A DNA stretch of 64,000 bases from a virus (Duplodnaviria > Caudoviricetes). The notes beneath the pieces were generated by a model. That model saw only the letters and a program-made list of their open reading frames with translations. It did no database searches and was not told the origin of the DNA. The stretch is from IMG/VR virus record IMGVR_UViG_3300009370_000001, one strand, 5' to 3'. Positions 28,174-38,868 of this stretch are shown piece after piece. How positions within the stretch are numbered: the first letter of the stretch is position 1; every line of letters starts with the position of its first letter. Both the position numbers and the translations under genes were made by a program.

Positions 28174-30912
28174 ATGGCCGCGCCCACCAAGGAAGAACTA
28201 CGAAGACAACAGGAGGCTGTTGAACTTGCCAGAGAAGAACTTGAGCTTCTTAAAGCAAAGAAAGCCGCCGGCGATGATGTTGAAAGACAACTCCGGGACG
28301 CTCAAGGGGTCCTGACACAGAACCTCGATAAGGTGCGCGCAACTCAAGAGGCGCGCCGAAAGGAATCAACCGCCATCGAGGAACAAATTGATCTCCTTAA
28401 GCAACAGGAAGACCAGATCAGGACCTTGGGGCGAAGCCTTGAAAACAATCAGATGCTGCATGAGAATCAAATCGAACAGCAGCAGAAAATAATCGAGAAA
28501 GCACGCGAACAAATTTCTCTTCAAGACAAAAACACAGAGGCCGGCAAGAAGGCGATTCGCGTCCAGGAGTCGGCCATCAAAAACGCCCAGGAAAGACTAG
28601 AGCTAGCGCAAGAGCAAAACGCGGCCGCCGGTCGAGCCAATGATCTTATCAAGTCGCAACTGGGAGGAACAACCCAGCTAACCAACGCTATGGAGGAATA
28701 TGCGGAAGCCAGCAAAGCTGGACAAGGAAGCATGTATTTGCTGGCGAAAGCTACCGAGAAATCTGCAGGTGCATTTAACTTTATGCTTAGTTCTATTAAG
28801 AGCATGGTAATGGGCGCCCACATTGCCGAAAAGCAATTTGAAAAAACTTTCCAACTTCCTGCAGAATATACCACACGTTTGCATGAGAATTATAAAGCTT
28901 TAAATGAGTATGGCGTATCTGCTGAAGAAGCAGCAACAGCAACCGGAGATCTTGTAACGAATGTGACCGAATTCACAATGGCCAGCGGAACCCAGCAAGA
29001 CTCACTCGTAAAGACCACCGCACTTCTCGCCGAAACCGGCATTGCATCCGCCGATGTGGCAAAGGGTGTTCAAACGTCTATGAAGATGTTTGGACAGTCG
29101 ATTAAAGGCGCAGAAACCACAGCCTTAGAATTAGCTGCTGTTGCACGCGAACTTCAAGTGGTGCCCGGAGAAATGGCTGCGCAGTATGCCGCTATGGGAC
29201 CACAACTGGCCAAATTCGGCCAGGAGGGTATTTCTACATTCAAAGAACTCTCCCGTATCCAAAAGCTGACAGGCATGGAAATGGGCAAAGTCCTGCAAAT
29301 CGCCAACAAATTCGATACGTTCGAAGATGCTGCTACAGCGACTGGAAAGCTCAATGCTGCATTAGGTGGTAACTTTGTTAACGCGATGGATATGATGATG
29401 GACACCGATCCGGCCTCTCGTTTCGAGACCATTCGCGGCGCCATCGAGCAAGCAGGACTTTCGTTTGATACGATGTCTTATTATCAAAAGCAATTTTATA
29501 CTGACGCGTTGGGCTTGTCGGATGTAGGCGATTTAGCTTTAATGTTGAGCGGCCGCACCGATTTAATGACCGACGCCACAAACGCATCTGCCGAGTCCTA
29601 TGAGCAACAAGCGGAAAGGGCGAAATCAGTTCAAAATATCCAAGAACAGCTTCAAAACATTTTGGCAGACAATGCGGATGAATTTTTGAAACTGGCCACT
29701 ATGGCCGCCAAGTTCTTACACTTCCTTAGTGATAATATGTGGATAGTAAAAACGTTTACAGCGGTGTTAGGGGCCCTGAAAGTAATGCAAGTTGCATCTG
29801 CTATAACCACTGGCGCATTGTCAGTAGCCAACTTTCTGATGAAGGAATCTATGAGCAAGTCCAAAAAGGAGGCAATTCAATCAGGAGTTGCCCTAGGTGT
29901 TTTTGCCTTGGCTCTCGGTCTCATCGCCGCCGCAATGTTCATGAAGTCACCCTCTCTTCTGGTTATAGAACTCGTTGCTCTTGCAGGAGCCCTTTGGTTA
30001 ACCTCTAAAATCTTGAGTAAAGCAACCCCCGCAATGACGGCCGCCGGCGCCGGCATGGCCGCTTTTGGAGTTGGTTTGTGGGCGGTTATACCGCCTATCG
30101 CAATTCTTATTGTGTCTGTGGCAATATTGGCCGCTGGAATTGGCTATATGGCCTCCAGTTTTGGCGAAATGTTTAATGCGCTGAGCCCGGAAAAAATGGC
30201 ACTCGTAACCACATTTCTTTTATCATTTGGGTTAGGAGCTATAGGAATGGTAGCTGCAGGCGTCGGACTTATAGCATTTGCGATAGGAATGGGCGCCCTC
30301 GCATTTGCTCTAAAATTTATTGCCACAGATGATTTGACAGCTATTGCCACAATCATGGAATCTATCGGAGAAATTCCTACTGGAGGGATGGGTGATTCCG
30401 CTAGCGGTATTCGCGGTATTGCTACGGCTATTGATGAGATTTCTATAGATAGTTTGAGCGCCCTTGAAAAAACGGCGGCAGCTTTTAGCAGCTTAGGAAG
30501 CGCTGTTAGAGGCGCCCTGGTCCCCCTGCAAAGCTTAATGACTAGCATGTCCGCCCTACAAACAGACAACATTGCCGGCTTATCCACAGCACTACAAGGG
30601 ACTGCAGACGCGATCAGTGATATCCCCGTAATGAAAACAATGGTTTTGACGCTAGGCTTTGGAGCGATGGCTTTAGCTGCCACATCTCTGAAACCGATTG
30701 CCCTAGCCTTTGCTGCGGGAGGAGGCGGCGCCGCCGCTGGTCGCGCTTCGACCGCAGCCGCTCGCCCTGCTACCGGTGCACCCGGCGCAGGCGGAGGAAC
30801 TTCCGCACAAAATATTACAGTTCGTCTTGAATTAGACGGCAAACTTTTGGAAGAGAAAGTAGTTAAGATAATGGGCGATCAGTACAAGCCTATTTTTGCA
30901 GGACAAGGATAA
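28174..30912 (+). CDS. Tape measure protein
   Basis: 912 aa; coiled-coil N-terminus, Ala/Gly-rich helical repeats and hydrophobic stretches; follows the chaperone pair. Confidence 0.85.
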   Translation: MAAPTKEELRRQQEAVELAREELELLKAKKAAGDDVERQLRDAQGVLTQNLDKVRATQEARRKESTAIEEQIDLLKQQEDQIRTLGRSLENNQMLHENQIEQQQKIIEKAREQISLQDKNTEAGKKAIRVQESAIKNAQERLELAQEQNAAAGRANDLIKSQLGGTTQLTNAMEEYAEASKAGQGSMYLLAKATEKSAGAFNFMLSSIKSMVMGAHIAEKQFEKTFQLPAEYTTRLHENYKALNEYGVSAEEAATATGDLVTNVTEFTMASGTQQDSLVKTTALLAETGIASADVAKGVQTSMKMFGQSIKGAETTALELAAVARELQVVPGEMAAQYAAMGPQLAKFGQEGISTFKELSRIQKLTGMEMGKVLQIANKFDTFEDAATATGKLNAALGGNFVNAMDMMMDTDPASRFETIRGAIEQAGLSFDTMSYYQKQFYTDALGLSDVGDLALMLSGRTDLMTDATNASAESYEQQAERAKSVQNIQEQLQNILADNADEFLKLATMAAKFLHFLSDNMWIVKTFTAVLGALKVMQVASAITTGALSVANFLMKESMSKSKKEAIQSGVALGVFALALGLIAAAMFMKSPSLLVIELVALAGALWLTSKILSKATPAMTAAGAGMAAFGVGLWAVIPPIAILIVSVAILAAGIGYMASSFGEMFNALSPEKMALVTTFLLSFGLGAIGMVAAGVGLIAFAIGMGALAFALKFIATDDLTAIATIMESIGEIPTGGMGDSASGIRGIATAIDEISIDSLSALEKTAAAFSSLGSAVRGALVPLQSLMTSMSALQTDNIAGLSTALQGTADAISDIPVMKTMVLTLGFGAMALAATSLKPIALAFAAGGGGAAAGRASTAAARPATGAPGAGGGTSAQNITVRLELDGKLLEEKVVKIMGDQYKPIFAGQG

Positions 30913-30918
30913 TAATTA

Positions 30919-32040
30919 ATGTCTAGTGGCAACAACGATAACAACAACGATAAGCCTATTGGCTCCCACTGGTTTAGCAGTACTAAATTAAAGAGGAATG
31001 GTGGTGGAGTTGATCGCACATTCCCTCCGGACGAACTATATCAAAACAGGAGTGTTTATGGACCCGATGGCTCCGATATGCTCGCCAACAAAGGGTTTGT
31101 CATTGATATTAAACATGTTCCCAGCGGCCGCAGCTTGTTTTTTAAAGCTTTTATTGAAAATTACGTCGAAACTTATTCTCCGGACTGGAACTCAGAAACG
31201 GTTTATGGGCGCATGGATCCCATTTATCAGTTTAAGAACACGACACGTACTATTTCTCTGGCGTTAAAGATCCCTGCTGCCACCCAGAGCGAAGCTTACG
31301 AAAATCTCGCCAAGGTACAAGCGTTGGCACAATTTTTATATCCCACATATTTGGAACGAGGATCTGCTACCACTATCGCCCAATCGCCTCTTTTGAGATT
31401 GGGGGTGATGAACTTGGCCAGAGCCCAGGCCCCAGGCGCCGGCCCAGAAACTTATTCTAACCCTCAAGCATATCATACTTCTAAAGATGGGTTATTGGGG
31501 ATCTTAAAATCGCTTACCATTAATCATAATTTGTCCGGCGAAGCCGGTGTTATCGAGAGAGGTCCCACTGGAGGCAATCTTTTGCCAAAACTTATCGAGA
31601 TTAATTTTGACTTTGATGTGATCCACGAGCACTCATTAGGGTGGGATAGGGAAAACAATTTCCACCAACCTGCATTCCCATATGGGCTTGACTTTGAGGG
31701 CTCTTCCCCTATAAGTAAGGACGCTAACGACGAGCGCACCCTAAACATGACGGTCATGGTCGCGAATTTGGAGGCAGAAGACGACTTAAAGTCCGACTAT
31801 TACATGTCCCCCGATCAACTTACAGCGAACGCCGAAGCACGCTATGCGGCGTTGGTGCCTAGACCCACTATTACACGCATTGAGGGCTCCAATATAGATG
31901 CTGAAGGAGCCCCCAAAATGTACGAATACGAGAGCGACGTGGGAAGAGCAGCGACAGAATTGGCACTGCACACAGGCGAATATGATAAATCTGGATTCGA
32001 CTCTACCACTTTCGATAAATCTTGGGAACCAGGAGAATAA
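30919..32040 (+). CDS. Tail tube initiator / baseplate protein (gp48/54-like)
   Basis: WNSETVYGRMDPIYQFKNTTRTISL tube-initiator-like pattern; position after the tape measure gene. Confidence 0.6.
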   Translation: MSSGNNDNNNDKPIGSHWFSSTKLKRNGGGVDRTFPPDELYQNRSVYGPDGSDMLANKGFVIDIKHVPSGRSLFFKAFIENYVETYSPDWNSETVYGRMDPIYQFKNTTRTISLALKIPAATQSEAYENLAKVQALAQFLYPTYLERGSATTIAQSPLLRLGVMNLARAQAPGAGPETYSNPQAYHTSKDGLLGILKSLTINHNLSGEAGVIERGPTGGNLLPKLIEINFDFDVIHEHSLGWDRENNFHQPAFPYGLDFEGSSPISKDANDERTLNMTVMVANLEAEDDLKSDYYMSPDQLTANAEARYAALVPRPTITRIEGSNIDAEGAPKMYEYESDVGRAATELALHTGEYDKSGFDSTTFDKSWEPGE

Positions 32041-32049
32041 CATTAACCT

Positions 32050-32391
32050 ATGGCATCACGATACTCAAAATACAGAATTATTAATAACGGCTTTAGCGGT
32101 TATGAATTCTTGCGCAAAGAACGCGGGATCAAAAACATCCGCCAATACGAGACCCCCTATATTTATAACCCCACCGCAGCAGAACGCGGCACCCTACAGA
32201 CCACCAATCATATGTGGAAATACGGAGATCGTTTATATCGCTTAGCCGATCAATACTATCAAGATACTCGCTACTGGTGGGTCATTGCACTCTATAATGG
32301 TTATGCCACCGAAGCCGACATTAGGATCGGCAGCACATTAACCATTCCGCTTGATATCGAAGCAGCGCTTAAAGTCATGAGGGCTTACTGA
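32050..32391 (+). CDS. LysM-domain baseplate protein (gp53 / P2 gpX-like)
   Basis: GDRLYRLADQYYQDTRYWWVIALYNG...IGSTLTIP LysM pattern. Confidence 0.8.
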   Translation: MASRYSKYRIINNGFSGYEFLRKERGIKNIRQYETPYIYNPTAAERGTLQTTNHMWKYGDRLYRLADQYYQDTRYWWVIALYNGYATEADIRIGSTLTIPLDIEAALKVMRAY

Positions 32392-32392
32392 A

Positions 32393-35300
32393 ATGGCTGG
32401 CGGAGGAGGCGATTTTTCGGACATCACCGGCGGCCCGGCAACGGAAGACCAGAGCATGAGCGAGTGGGAAAGATGGCAACGCGACAACAGGAATGCGAGC
32501 GCAATAGAAAAAAAGCGCGCCTTCTTACGGATCGAGGGAAATCTGGACGACGATGAAGTCGATCAGGCGCTAGCTGCCGTCGATGCACACATTCGCGCTG
32601 CGACTCTTTATTATGATGAGGTCGAGAAGTGTGTACGGCAAATCAAATTAAATGAAGAAAAAGCTTGTGAATCTTACCAAAAACTTAAAGTTATCTGGGA
32701 TAAGAATTTTACCGATACTGATAATCCACGCGGCCATGATGAAGCCTGGACGTCCGAGGCTGGCGCCTTCAATATTACGCTGGAGGCCGCGGACTCTTCG
32801 GCGCCGTTCACCCGCCATGGCGAAGAGGTGTCGGCGGCAAATAGATTAGCTATTTCTCTAAAAAATAGTTCTGTTGATAGCCAAATGGCGGCACAATTTT
32901 TTGGGGGTGTTTATTTTTATGCTCGTTCAATGGCTGAAAATTCTGCATTTTGTGCAGACTCTCATCGTTCTGGCACGCCGGGCAATATCGCGCGGGGAGA
33001 ACGCCTTAAGTGGCACCATTACGTCACCGGCGAGAGCGACGCTGGTGAGCTTGGACAGAGCGAATATGATTCTGGCACGCTCACCCTCAAAACCGGCCAA
33101 GTGATGCCGAATGCTCTCAAAGAGGAGTATCAAAGAACCGATGTCACCAACGAACAGCGCAAAGGCATTAAAACTCTCATCCAGCACGCTGGAACCTTCC
33201 ACGCACACGCGCATCAAGCTTTTTGGGCTCAACTGGGCGCCCAGGAGGTCGAACAAAGAGAGGGTTCGGCCTGGGAGCGCGCGGTACAGCTTTCTTATTA
33301 CTTTACCTCGGGCGCCGGCGCGCGCGATCAGGTTGCCGCATTTGCCGATGATAGCTATGCCCAAGGACTCTCCCAGGCGCAGGCAACAGATCCCAGCGTC
33401 ACAGTCCCGCGCGGCGCACGATCATGGAAGAATGGCACACTTGCCGAAATGGCTAGTCAGGCAAGGGCTGCCTTGCGGAGGCTCATCGCGGCCGATATTA
33501 ATAGAGCAGCCAACGAAGAACTTCTTAACGATCTTGGGGGACTCCTGGGTCAGTTCTCTCTCTTCGCCAGGAACATAGCCGCGGGCTATGGGTGTTGGTC
33601 GGAGCAATCCCGGATCTTTGCCAATGCTCAGCAAGATTATAACGAGGCGATAGTAGCGCTAGCCGGCGGCGGTCAGGGGCCCCTTGCATATGCCGCGGCT
33701 CTGGTCCGCGGCGACGGATGGGACGGTCTTAATGATTCTCTGATCGACATGCTTGACGATAGCCATAGTGCCTCTACCTATGCTGCGATGGATCGCCAGC
33801 GAACTATTTTTAATGAGCAATGCTTTTTACTTTCTTATATTTCCGATATTGCTGATCACAAAAAACGTCGGGACAGCACTGCGCCGCGTTCTGGCTCCAT
33901 AGCAGCTAGCTGCGGTACCGGCGCGACTCCCGGCAAGGGAGTGCCTTATTTAGGGGAAGCCGGCAACTCTACTTTATTAGTTGATGGAGACTCTTATGGG
34001 TTTCTTAACAAGCTCACGCAGACTGGTGATCAAAAAGTTTTCTTTAATATGAAAAGTGATGTCCTTAATCACTTGCAGCCAATGATTCGGCTGTTTAAAG
34101 TAGCCTACGACAGTGATAACGAAACCACAGAACAAGAGTTTATTTTTAAGTCTTGGGGCGCGCCAAATCTTCAAGAAGTGTTGAAAAGAAAAGAACAACG
34201 CGGCTTTGGAGTGGGAGTAAAAAGCTTTGATTTTTCGTATGAAGGAAATAATCCTTTTGCTGTTAAAAAGAGCATTAAAGCCACTTTAAAGATCTTTGCT
34301 AATAGTATGTCTGAATTATTTGATGTGCACAATGGGATTAGTTATAGTGATTTAGCTCTCAAGACCACACAACCTACTCAGAGCAACAATGATTGCGCGA
34401 CTATTGCTGCTGGAGGTTTTGTCACCGCCATAGGGCAACATTCGGCGCTTGAAGAAGCCAATTTAGATAAATTAAACTTTAGGCTTAAGGCCGTTGTTGG
34501 CTGGGCGCGCCCCTCTGGTCAAGGTCCTTGGAGCACGATGAGCAGTCTCACGAGCGATCCAAATCGTAATAGTAACAACTTACGAGATGCCATTTATCAA
34601 TCTTACACTACTTTAAACTTAACGCCTACCGTTCATAATTTTGAATTTGATGATATGGGGCGTGTCATCTTTACTATTGAATATCTGGCATTTGTAGACG
34701 ATTATTACGATAGCCCGGCATTTAATATTTTTGCCGGCACTGACACAACCATCGAACAAATTATAAGAAATTTACAAATAGAGTTCTATAATCGCAATTG
34801 CAAATCCGAAGAAGCAAGCAACGTTAAAAAAACTCTCGCTGACAGGGCTGCAGCAGAAAAAAGCCAAGCGCTTACTTCTTTAATAGAAAACCTAAAAGGC
34901 AAAAAACGAATTTATTATATAAAACTTCCGTGGTCCGAAGTGGCAGAGTTTAACTCGGCCGGCCCTTTCTACAATTGGAATGCGGGGGAGGGTGCTGGAG
35001 AAGCTTTTCAAATACAAAGCGATAGTGAAAATGATGCTAGCCTAGCGGCCGAAATGGCGACTGCCTTTGACTCTTATAATTTTGCAGATGCGGGAGTCGG
35101 CTCTGAGAGTGAAGAGGCGAATGTTTTTAAGGCATCCCTTCTTGTAGAGAATCCAGAAACAATAAACCTTTCCTTCTTCTATATAAGCGATTTGATCGAT
35201 ACGATTTTAGAATCACTCGAAAAGGAGCTTTCAACGTTGGGCGACCGTCTTTCGGATCGACTGTCAACGGAAGGCTCAGATATTACGCGTTGTCAAGTTA

Positions 35301-36367
35301 CAATGGCAGTTGATAAATATACTCGGGCTTATAAGAATTTTAAAAAATTAAGAATTTTATTAGGCCCGGTGGAGTTTGTGAATCAAGGCGATCAAGGTAC
35401 ACGAGTCTTAGGAGGCGCGAGTGCGATGGTAAACTTCGGTGACATACCTATTTCAGTTCGGTATTTTCTGGAATATCTTGCGGACCAGATGTTGAAAAAA
35501 GAGAGAAGCACGTATACTCTTACGAGTTTTCTTAATGACTTGTTTAACAAGCTCATAAGAGACTTCTTAAACGATGAAACTTGTTTTGATTGGAGTATTA
35601 AACAAAGAGTACGGGTTAATCAAGCAGTTATAACGAGTTATCCGCAACAAGCCGATGGGCTTGATGAAATCGCTGCTAGTATGAAAGCCGCGGGTAAAGC
35701 TCGGATCTCCTTATCGACCTTATCGATGCCCATTTTAAACATCTCCGGCCGCGGCCCAATCTCTTCGCCCGACGTTGCGGACGAAGTCAACTATTTTGTT
35801 TATTTTGCAGGACGTACTGCACCCGCAGAGCGCATGCAAGGAAACAAGCGAGATGATGAAAATGCCGGAATCTTTCACTATCAACTTGGCCGCGGCGAAG
35901 GACTCATTAAAAACATTAAACTCAGTAAAACTGATTCGCGTGGTTTGGCAGAGGTTAGATTCGAACAAGATGGCTATGACGGCTTAAAACAATTGCGTGT
36001 CGTGTACGATACCGAAATCGATTCTTATTCTAATGTTAAAACCTATCCAGGGACTTACATATATGTGGATCCGCGCGGCTTTGCGCCCGATATGAGAGCG
36101 GGAGGAACTGCTACAGAATTTGGCTTGACAGACTTAGGTATTGGCGGTTATTATATGATAGTAAAATCTTCGCATACTTTTGCAGCAGGTCAAGCTGAAT
36201 CTAAAATTTATGCTAAGTGGGTCAATGCCATAGAAAACTCCGCAATTCAAGCTGAAAGAGCTACAGCTACAGGGAACCCGGATGCAGCCACAACAGGGCC
36301 GGCACAATGTCACAGCGCCTTAGCCAATCGAAATGACAATGCCGAGGAAGAGGTGGTGAATCCTTAA
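32393..36367 (+). CDS. Large baseplate hub-like protein with a long N-terminal extension
   Basis: 1324 aa; C-terminal YPGTYIYVDP...LGIGGYYMIVKSSHTF hub-like strand pattern; follows the LysM gene. Confidence 0.55.
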   Translation: MAGGGGDFSDITGGPATEDQSMSEWERWQRDNRNASAIEKKRAFLRIEGNLDDDEVDQALAAVDAHIRAATLYYDEVEKCVRQIKLNEEKACESYQKLKVIWDKNFTDTDNPRGHDEAWTSEAGAFNITLEAADSSAPFTRHGEEVSAANRLAISLKNSSVDSQMAAQFFGGVYFYARSMAENSAFCADSHRSGTPGNIARGERLKWHHYVTGESDAGELGQSEYDSGTLTLKTGQVMPNALKEEYQRTDVTNEQRKGIKTLIQHAGTFHAHAHQAFWAQLGAQEVEQREGSAWERAVQLSYYFTSGAGARDQVAAFADDSYAQGLSQAQATDPSVTVPRGARSWKNGTLAEMASQARAALRRLIAADINRAANEELLNDLGGLLGQFSLFARNIAAGYGCWSEQSRIFANAQQDYNEAIVALAGGGQGPLAYAAALVRGDGWDGLNDSLIDMLDDSHSASTYAAMDRQRTIFNEQCFLLSYISDIADHKKRRDSTAPRSGSIAASCGTGATPGKGVPYLGEAGNSTLLVDGDSYGFLNKLTQTGDQKVFFNMKSDVLNHLQPMIRLFKVAYDSDNETTEQEFIFKSWGAPNLQEVLKRKEQRGFGVGVKSFDFSYEGNNPFAVKKSIKATLKIFANSMSELFDVHNGISYSDLALKTTQPTQSNNDCATIAAGGFVTAIGQHSALEEANLDKLNFRLKAVVGWARPSGQGPWSTMSSLTSDPNRNSNNLRDAIYQSYTTLNLTPTVHNFEFDDMGRVIFTIEYLAFVDDYYDSPAFNIFAGTDTTIEQIIRNLQIEFYNRNCKSEEASNVKKTLADRAAAEKSQALTSLIENLKGKKRIYYIKLPWSEVAEFNSAGPFYNWNAGEGAGEAFQIQSDSENDASLAAEMATAFDSYNFADAGVGSESEEANVFKASLLVENPETINLSFFYISDLIDTILESLEKELSTLGDRLSDRLSTEGSDITRCQVTMAVDKYTRAYKNFKKLRILLGPVEFVNQGDQGTRVLGGASAMVNFGDIPISVRYFLEYLADQMLKKERSTYTLTSFLNDLFNKLIRDFLNDETCFDWSIKQRVRVNQAVITSYPQQADGLDEIAASMKAAGKARISLSTLSMPILNISGRGPISSPDVADEVNYFVYFAGRTAPAERMQGNKRDDENAGIFHYQLGRGEGLIKNIKLSKTDSRGLAEVRFEQDGYDGLKQLRVVYDTEIDSYSNVKTYPGTYIYVDPRGFAPDMRAGGTATEFGLTDLGIGGYYMIVKSSHTFAAGQAESKIYAKWVNAIENSAIQAERATATGNPDAATTGPAQCHSALANRNDNAEEEVVNP

Positions 36368-36376
36368 GGAATAGAA

Positions 36377-37672
36377 ATGAGCAAATACGTTAAAAAAACC
36401 ACCATTCCTTTGAAATCGCTGTTTTATAAGCGAACTAAATATTATAGAAAATCTATTACTGCTCGCACTGAGGGGGCTGTCTCACACAATAATTTAATAA
36501 ACTATCATCTGGCAGAGCTTAATATGTATGGAAAAGTTGATCAACAATATGTTCCGATGATCGTAAGACAAAGCGCTCTCCAGAAATTTAATTCTAAAGT
36601 TTTAGTTAATCCGGATGAAACGCATCAAGCAGTTGATTTTGTGGTCGATCTCTTTGAGCAGATGGCCCAACAATTTGAAAAATGTGCAATGATCGGAAAG
36701 ATCAACCCCAACGATCCATTCCTTTCTAATTTAAAAGTTTATAAAGCCTATACCAATCCTACTATACGATATGACCAATATTTTGGATTAATGGCCAACA
36801 CCTTAAAGACACAGCTTAGAAAACGAGGTATTGTTATTTTAACAATGGATGATTTTATGTCAGCCCTTCTTCAAGTTCTCCCAGACGCAGCGCTGCAGGC
36901 ACCATTCACTCAAGTGGCTTGGACTAAAAGTAAATATTGTCCATCACGCGTTAGCGGCCTCGTTGTTGAAATTGCAGATTTAGGATATAACAACGATCAA
37001 GAGAAGATTGATCTTTTTTATAACAGCCTTAATTGGGACTTTTATGTAAAGACGTGTAATTCTTATGGTTTTATTGTAGATTCGTCGGCGCCTTGGCGCC
37101 TCTTAGCTGACCTGGACTCCAAGATAATGATGGACGCTCAATCACGTGCCGGCCACGCCTCTGGTGTCACAGGAACGCTAGGGTCCATTTTTCGTAGTGT
37201 GCCAGTCGCCTATATAAGCCGTTTTGAAAAAGATCTATATAATCTTTTTCTGGTTGTGCGCTCCCCGCATACGACGACCCCAGCTATCTGTGCTTATAGT
37301 AATGAGCTTTCGCCTCTGGTAACTTACGCACCCTCCTATACGTTTGGAGAGTTTAATTCTCTTAAAAGTGCTGAATATTATATTAAAACATATTGTCAGA
37401 TAAGGTTTTTGGAAGAGGAAAGTCATTTCACCCCAGCAGAACAACTACGGCTCATAGATGACTGTATTGGTGTGATGCGCACAGGGCAAATTAATGTAGC
37501 TATTAAAAATTTTGAGTATGTTCTCAATAAACCATTTGACTATATTGGCTCAGTGAGTTATAATAATAAATATGCAAGAGCAAAAGATGAGTACGAGCGA
37601 AAACACGGCGGAGATTGGCGTGAGACCGAACGCGAGGTCCACCGGATTAAAGCCCGTAGAAATCTTAAATAA
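36377..37672 (+). CDS. Hypothetical protein, 431 aa
   Basis: AAGGA RBS; long ORF; no family recognised. Confidence 0.65.
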   Translation: MSKYVKKTTIPLKSLFYKRTKYYRKSITARTEGAVSHNNLINYHLAELNMYGKVDQQYVPMIVRQSALQKFNSKVLVNPDETHQAVDFVVDLFEQMAQQFEKCAMIGKINPNDPFLSNLKVYKAYTNPTIRYDQYFGLMANTLKTQLRKRGIVILTMDDFMSALLQVLPDAALQAPFTQVAWTKSKYCPSRVSGLVVEIADLGYNNDQEKIDLFYNSLNWDFYVKTCNSYGFIVDSSAPWRLLADLDSKIMMDAQSRAGHASGVTGTLGSIFRSVPVAYISRFEKDLYNLFLVVRSPHTTTPAICAYSNELSPLVTYAPSYTFGEFNSLKSAEYYIKTYCQIRFLEEESHFTPAEQLRLIDDCIGVMRTGQINVAIKNFEYVLNKPFDYIGSVSYNNKYARAKDEYERKHGGDWRETEREVHRIKARRNLK

Positions 37673-37683
37673 ACGAGCAGACG

Positions 37684-38868
37684 GTGATATTTCAGACGTT
37701 AGATGATAAAAGTGAATGTGTAGGTGTTTATTGTGAGGGTAAGCTTTATTATGAAGATTTCCCCACCGAACTCACCCATACATGGAAGTATTCGGGTGGA
37801 CTAGAGAATAGAGATATAGAGTATGCTTCTTTATACTGCGCAGGTCTTTCCTTGGCTGAAGCATGCCCGGCCAAACATCTTGAAGAACTCAAGGCGGCCC
37901 AAAAAAGATTCCGAGCTTATCTAAAATCTTTTGAATTGGCCAAGGTTAATATGCGCGACCATTGTATTTTTGATTTGGTACCCCAAGATTTTCTTAAAAA
38001 GTTTTGCGAGATTAAAAATAAAGTGACAGCTCATGTCATAGAGAACTATTCCAAACCCGAGTGCTATGATCATCTAAAGAATGTATCGGCACTCCTACAC
38101 GATCTTAAGTATCGGCACCTTCATCTAACGAACGAGGGGTGTAAAAAGTTGCACTATTCTTCCTCAAATTCTATGCGAATTAAGAGGCTGCTAAGTGGTC
38201 CTACTCATGTTGATTACAATTTATTCGGAACAGTCACAGGACGCCTTACAACGCGAGCAAATTCGTTTCCTATACTGACCCTTCAAAAGGAATTTAGGAA
38301 GCTTGTAAAACCCCATAACGACTGGCTATTGTCACTTGACTATAACGCTGCCGAGGTACGAACGTTCATTGCGCTAGCCGGCGAAGACCAGCCTCAAGAA
38401 GACGTGCACGAATGGCACATTAAGAATTTAATCCGAGAGGAAATATCTCGGCAAGAAGCAAAGGTAAAGTTTTTTGCGTGGATATATAACAGCGATGCAC
38501 CAGCCAATGAGTTTGAAAGCTATAAGAGAGAAGAGGTGCTCGACAAGTGGTATGACGAAGAATTTGTACACACTCCATTTAAAAGAAAAATAAAGGTTGA
38601 CAAACGCAAAGCTTTGAATTATATTATACAGAGTACCACAGCAGATTTGGTATTAGATCGAGCGGTAGCAATCGATAAATACTTGGAAGATAAAAAATCT
38701 TTTATTGCCTTTGTTGTGCATGATGAAATTGTGATTGATTTAGCTAATGAAGACAGGCATTTAGTACCGGAGATAAAGAAAATGTTCTCGACGAACAAAC
38801 TAGACCAGTTCTTAGTTAATTTAAAATGCGGTAAAGATTATGGCAGCATAGAGGAGTTAAAGTTATGA
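37684..38868 (+). CDS. polA: Minimal family A DNA polymerase (polymerase domain only)
   Basis: GTVTGRLT; motif A LDYNAAEVR; motif B RQEAKVKFFAWIY; motif C VHDEIV; no exonuclease motifs recognised; 394 aa. Confidence 0.8.
   Translation: MIFQTLDDKSECVGVYCEGKLYYEDFPTELTHTWKYSGGLENRDIEYASLYCAGLSLAEACPAKHLEELKAAQKRFRAYLKSFELAKVNMRDHCIFDLVPQDFLKKFCEIKNKVTAHVIENYSKPECYDHLKNVSALLHDLKYRHLHLTNEGCKKLHYSSSNSMRIKRLLSGPTHVDYNLFGTVTGRLTTRANSFPILTLQKEFRKLVKPHNDWLLSLDYNAAEVRTFIALAGEDQPQEDVHEWHIKNLIREEISRQEAKVKFFAWIYNSDAPANEFESYKREEVLDKWYDEEFVHTPFKRKIKVDKRKALNYIIQSTTADLVLDRAVAIDKYLEDKKSFIAFVVHDEIVIDLANEDRHLVPEIKKMFSTNKLDQFLVNLKCGKDYGSIEELKL

Noticed and set aside
30144-30842. 232-aa minus-strand ORF and the many other short antisense ORFs in the track
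   Set aside because: They lie opposite well-supported + strand genes (here the Ala/Gly-rich tape measure) and have no independent support.
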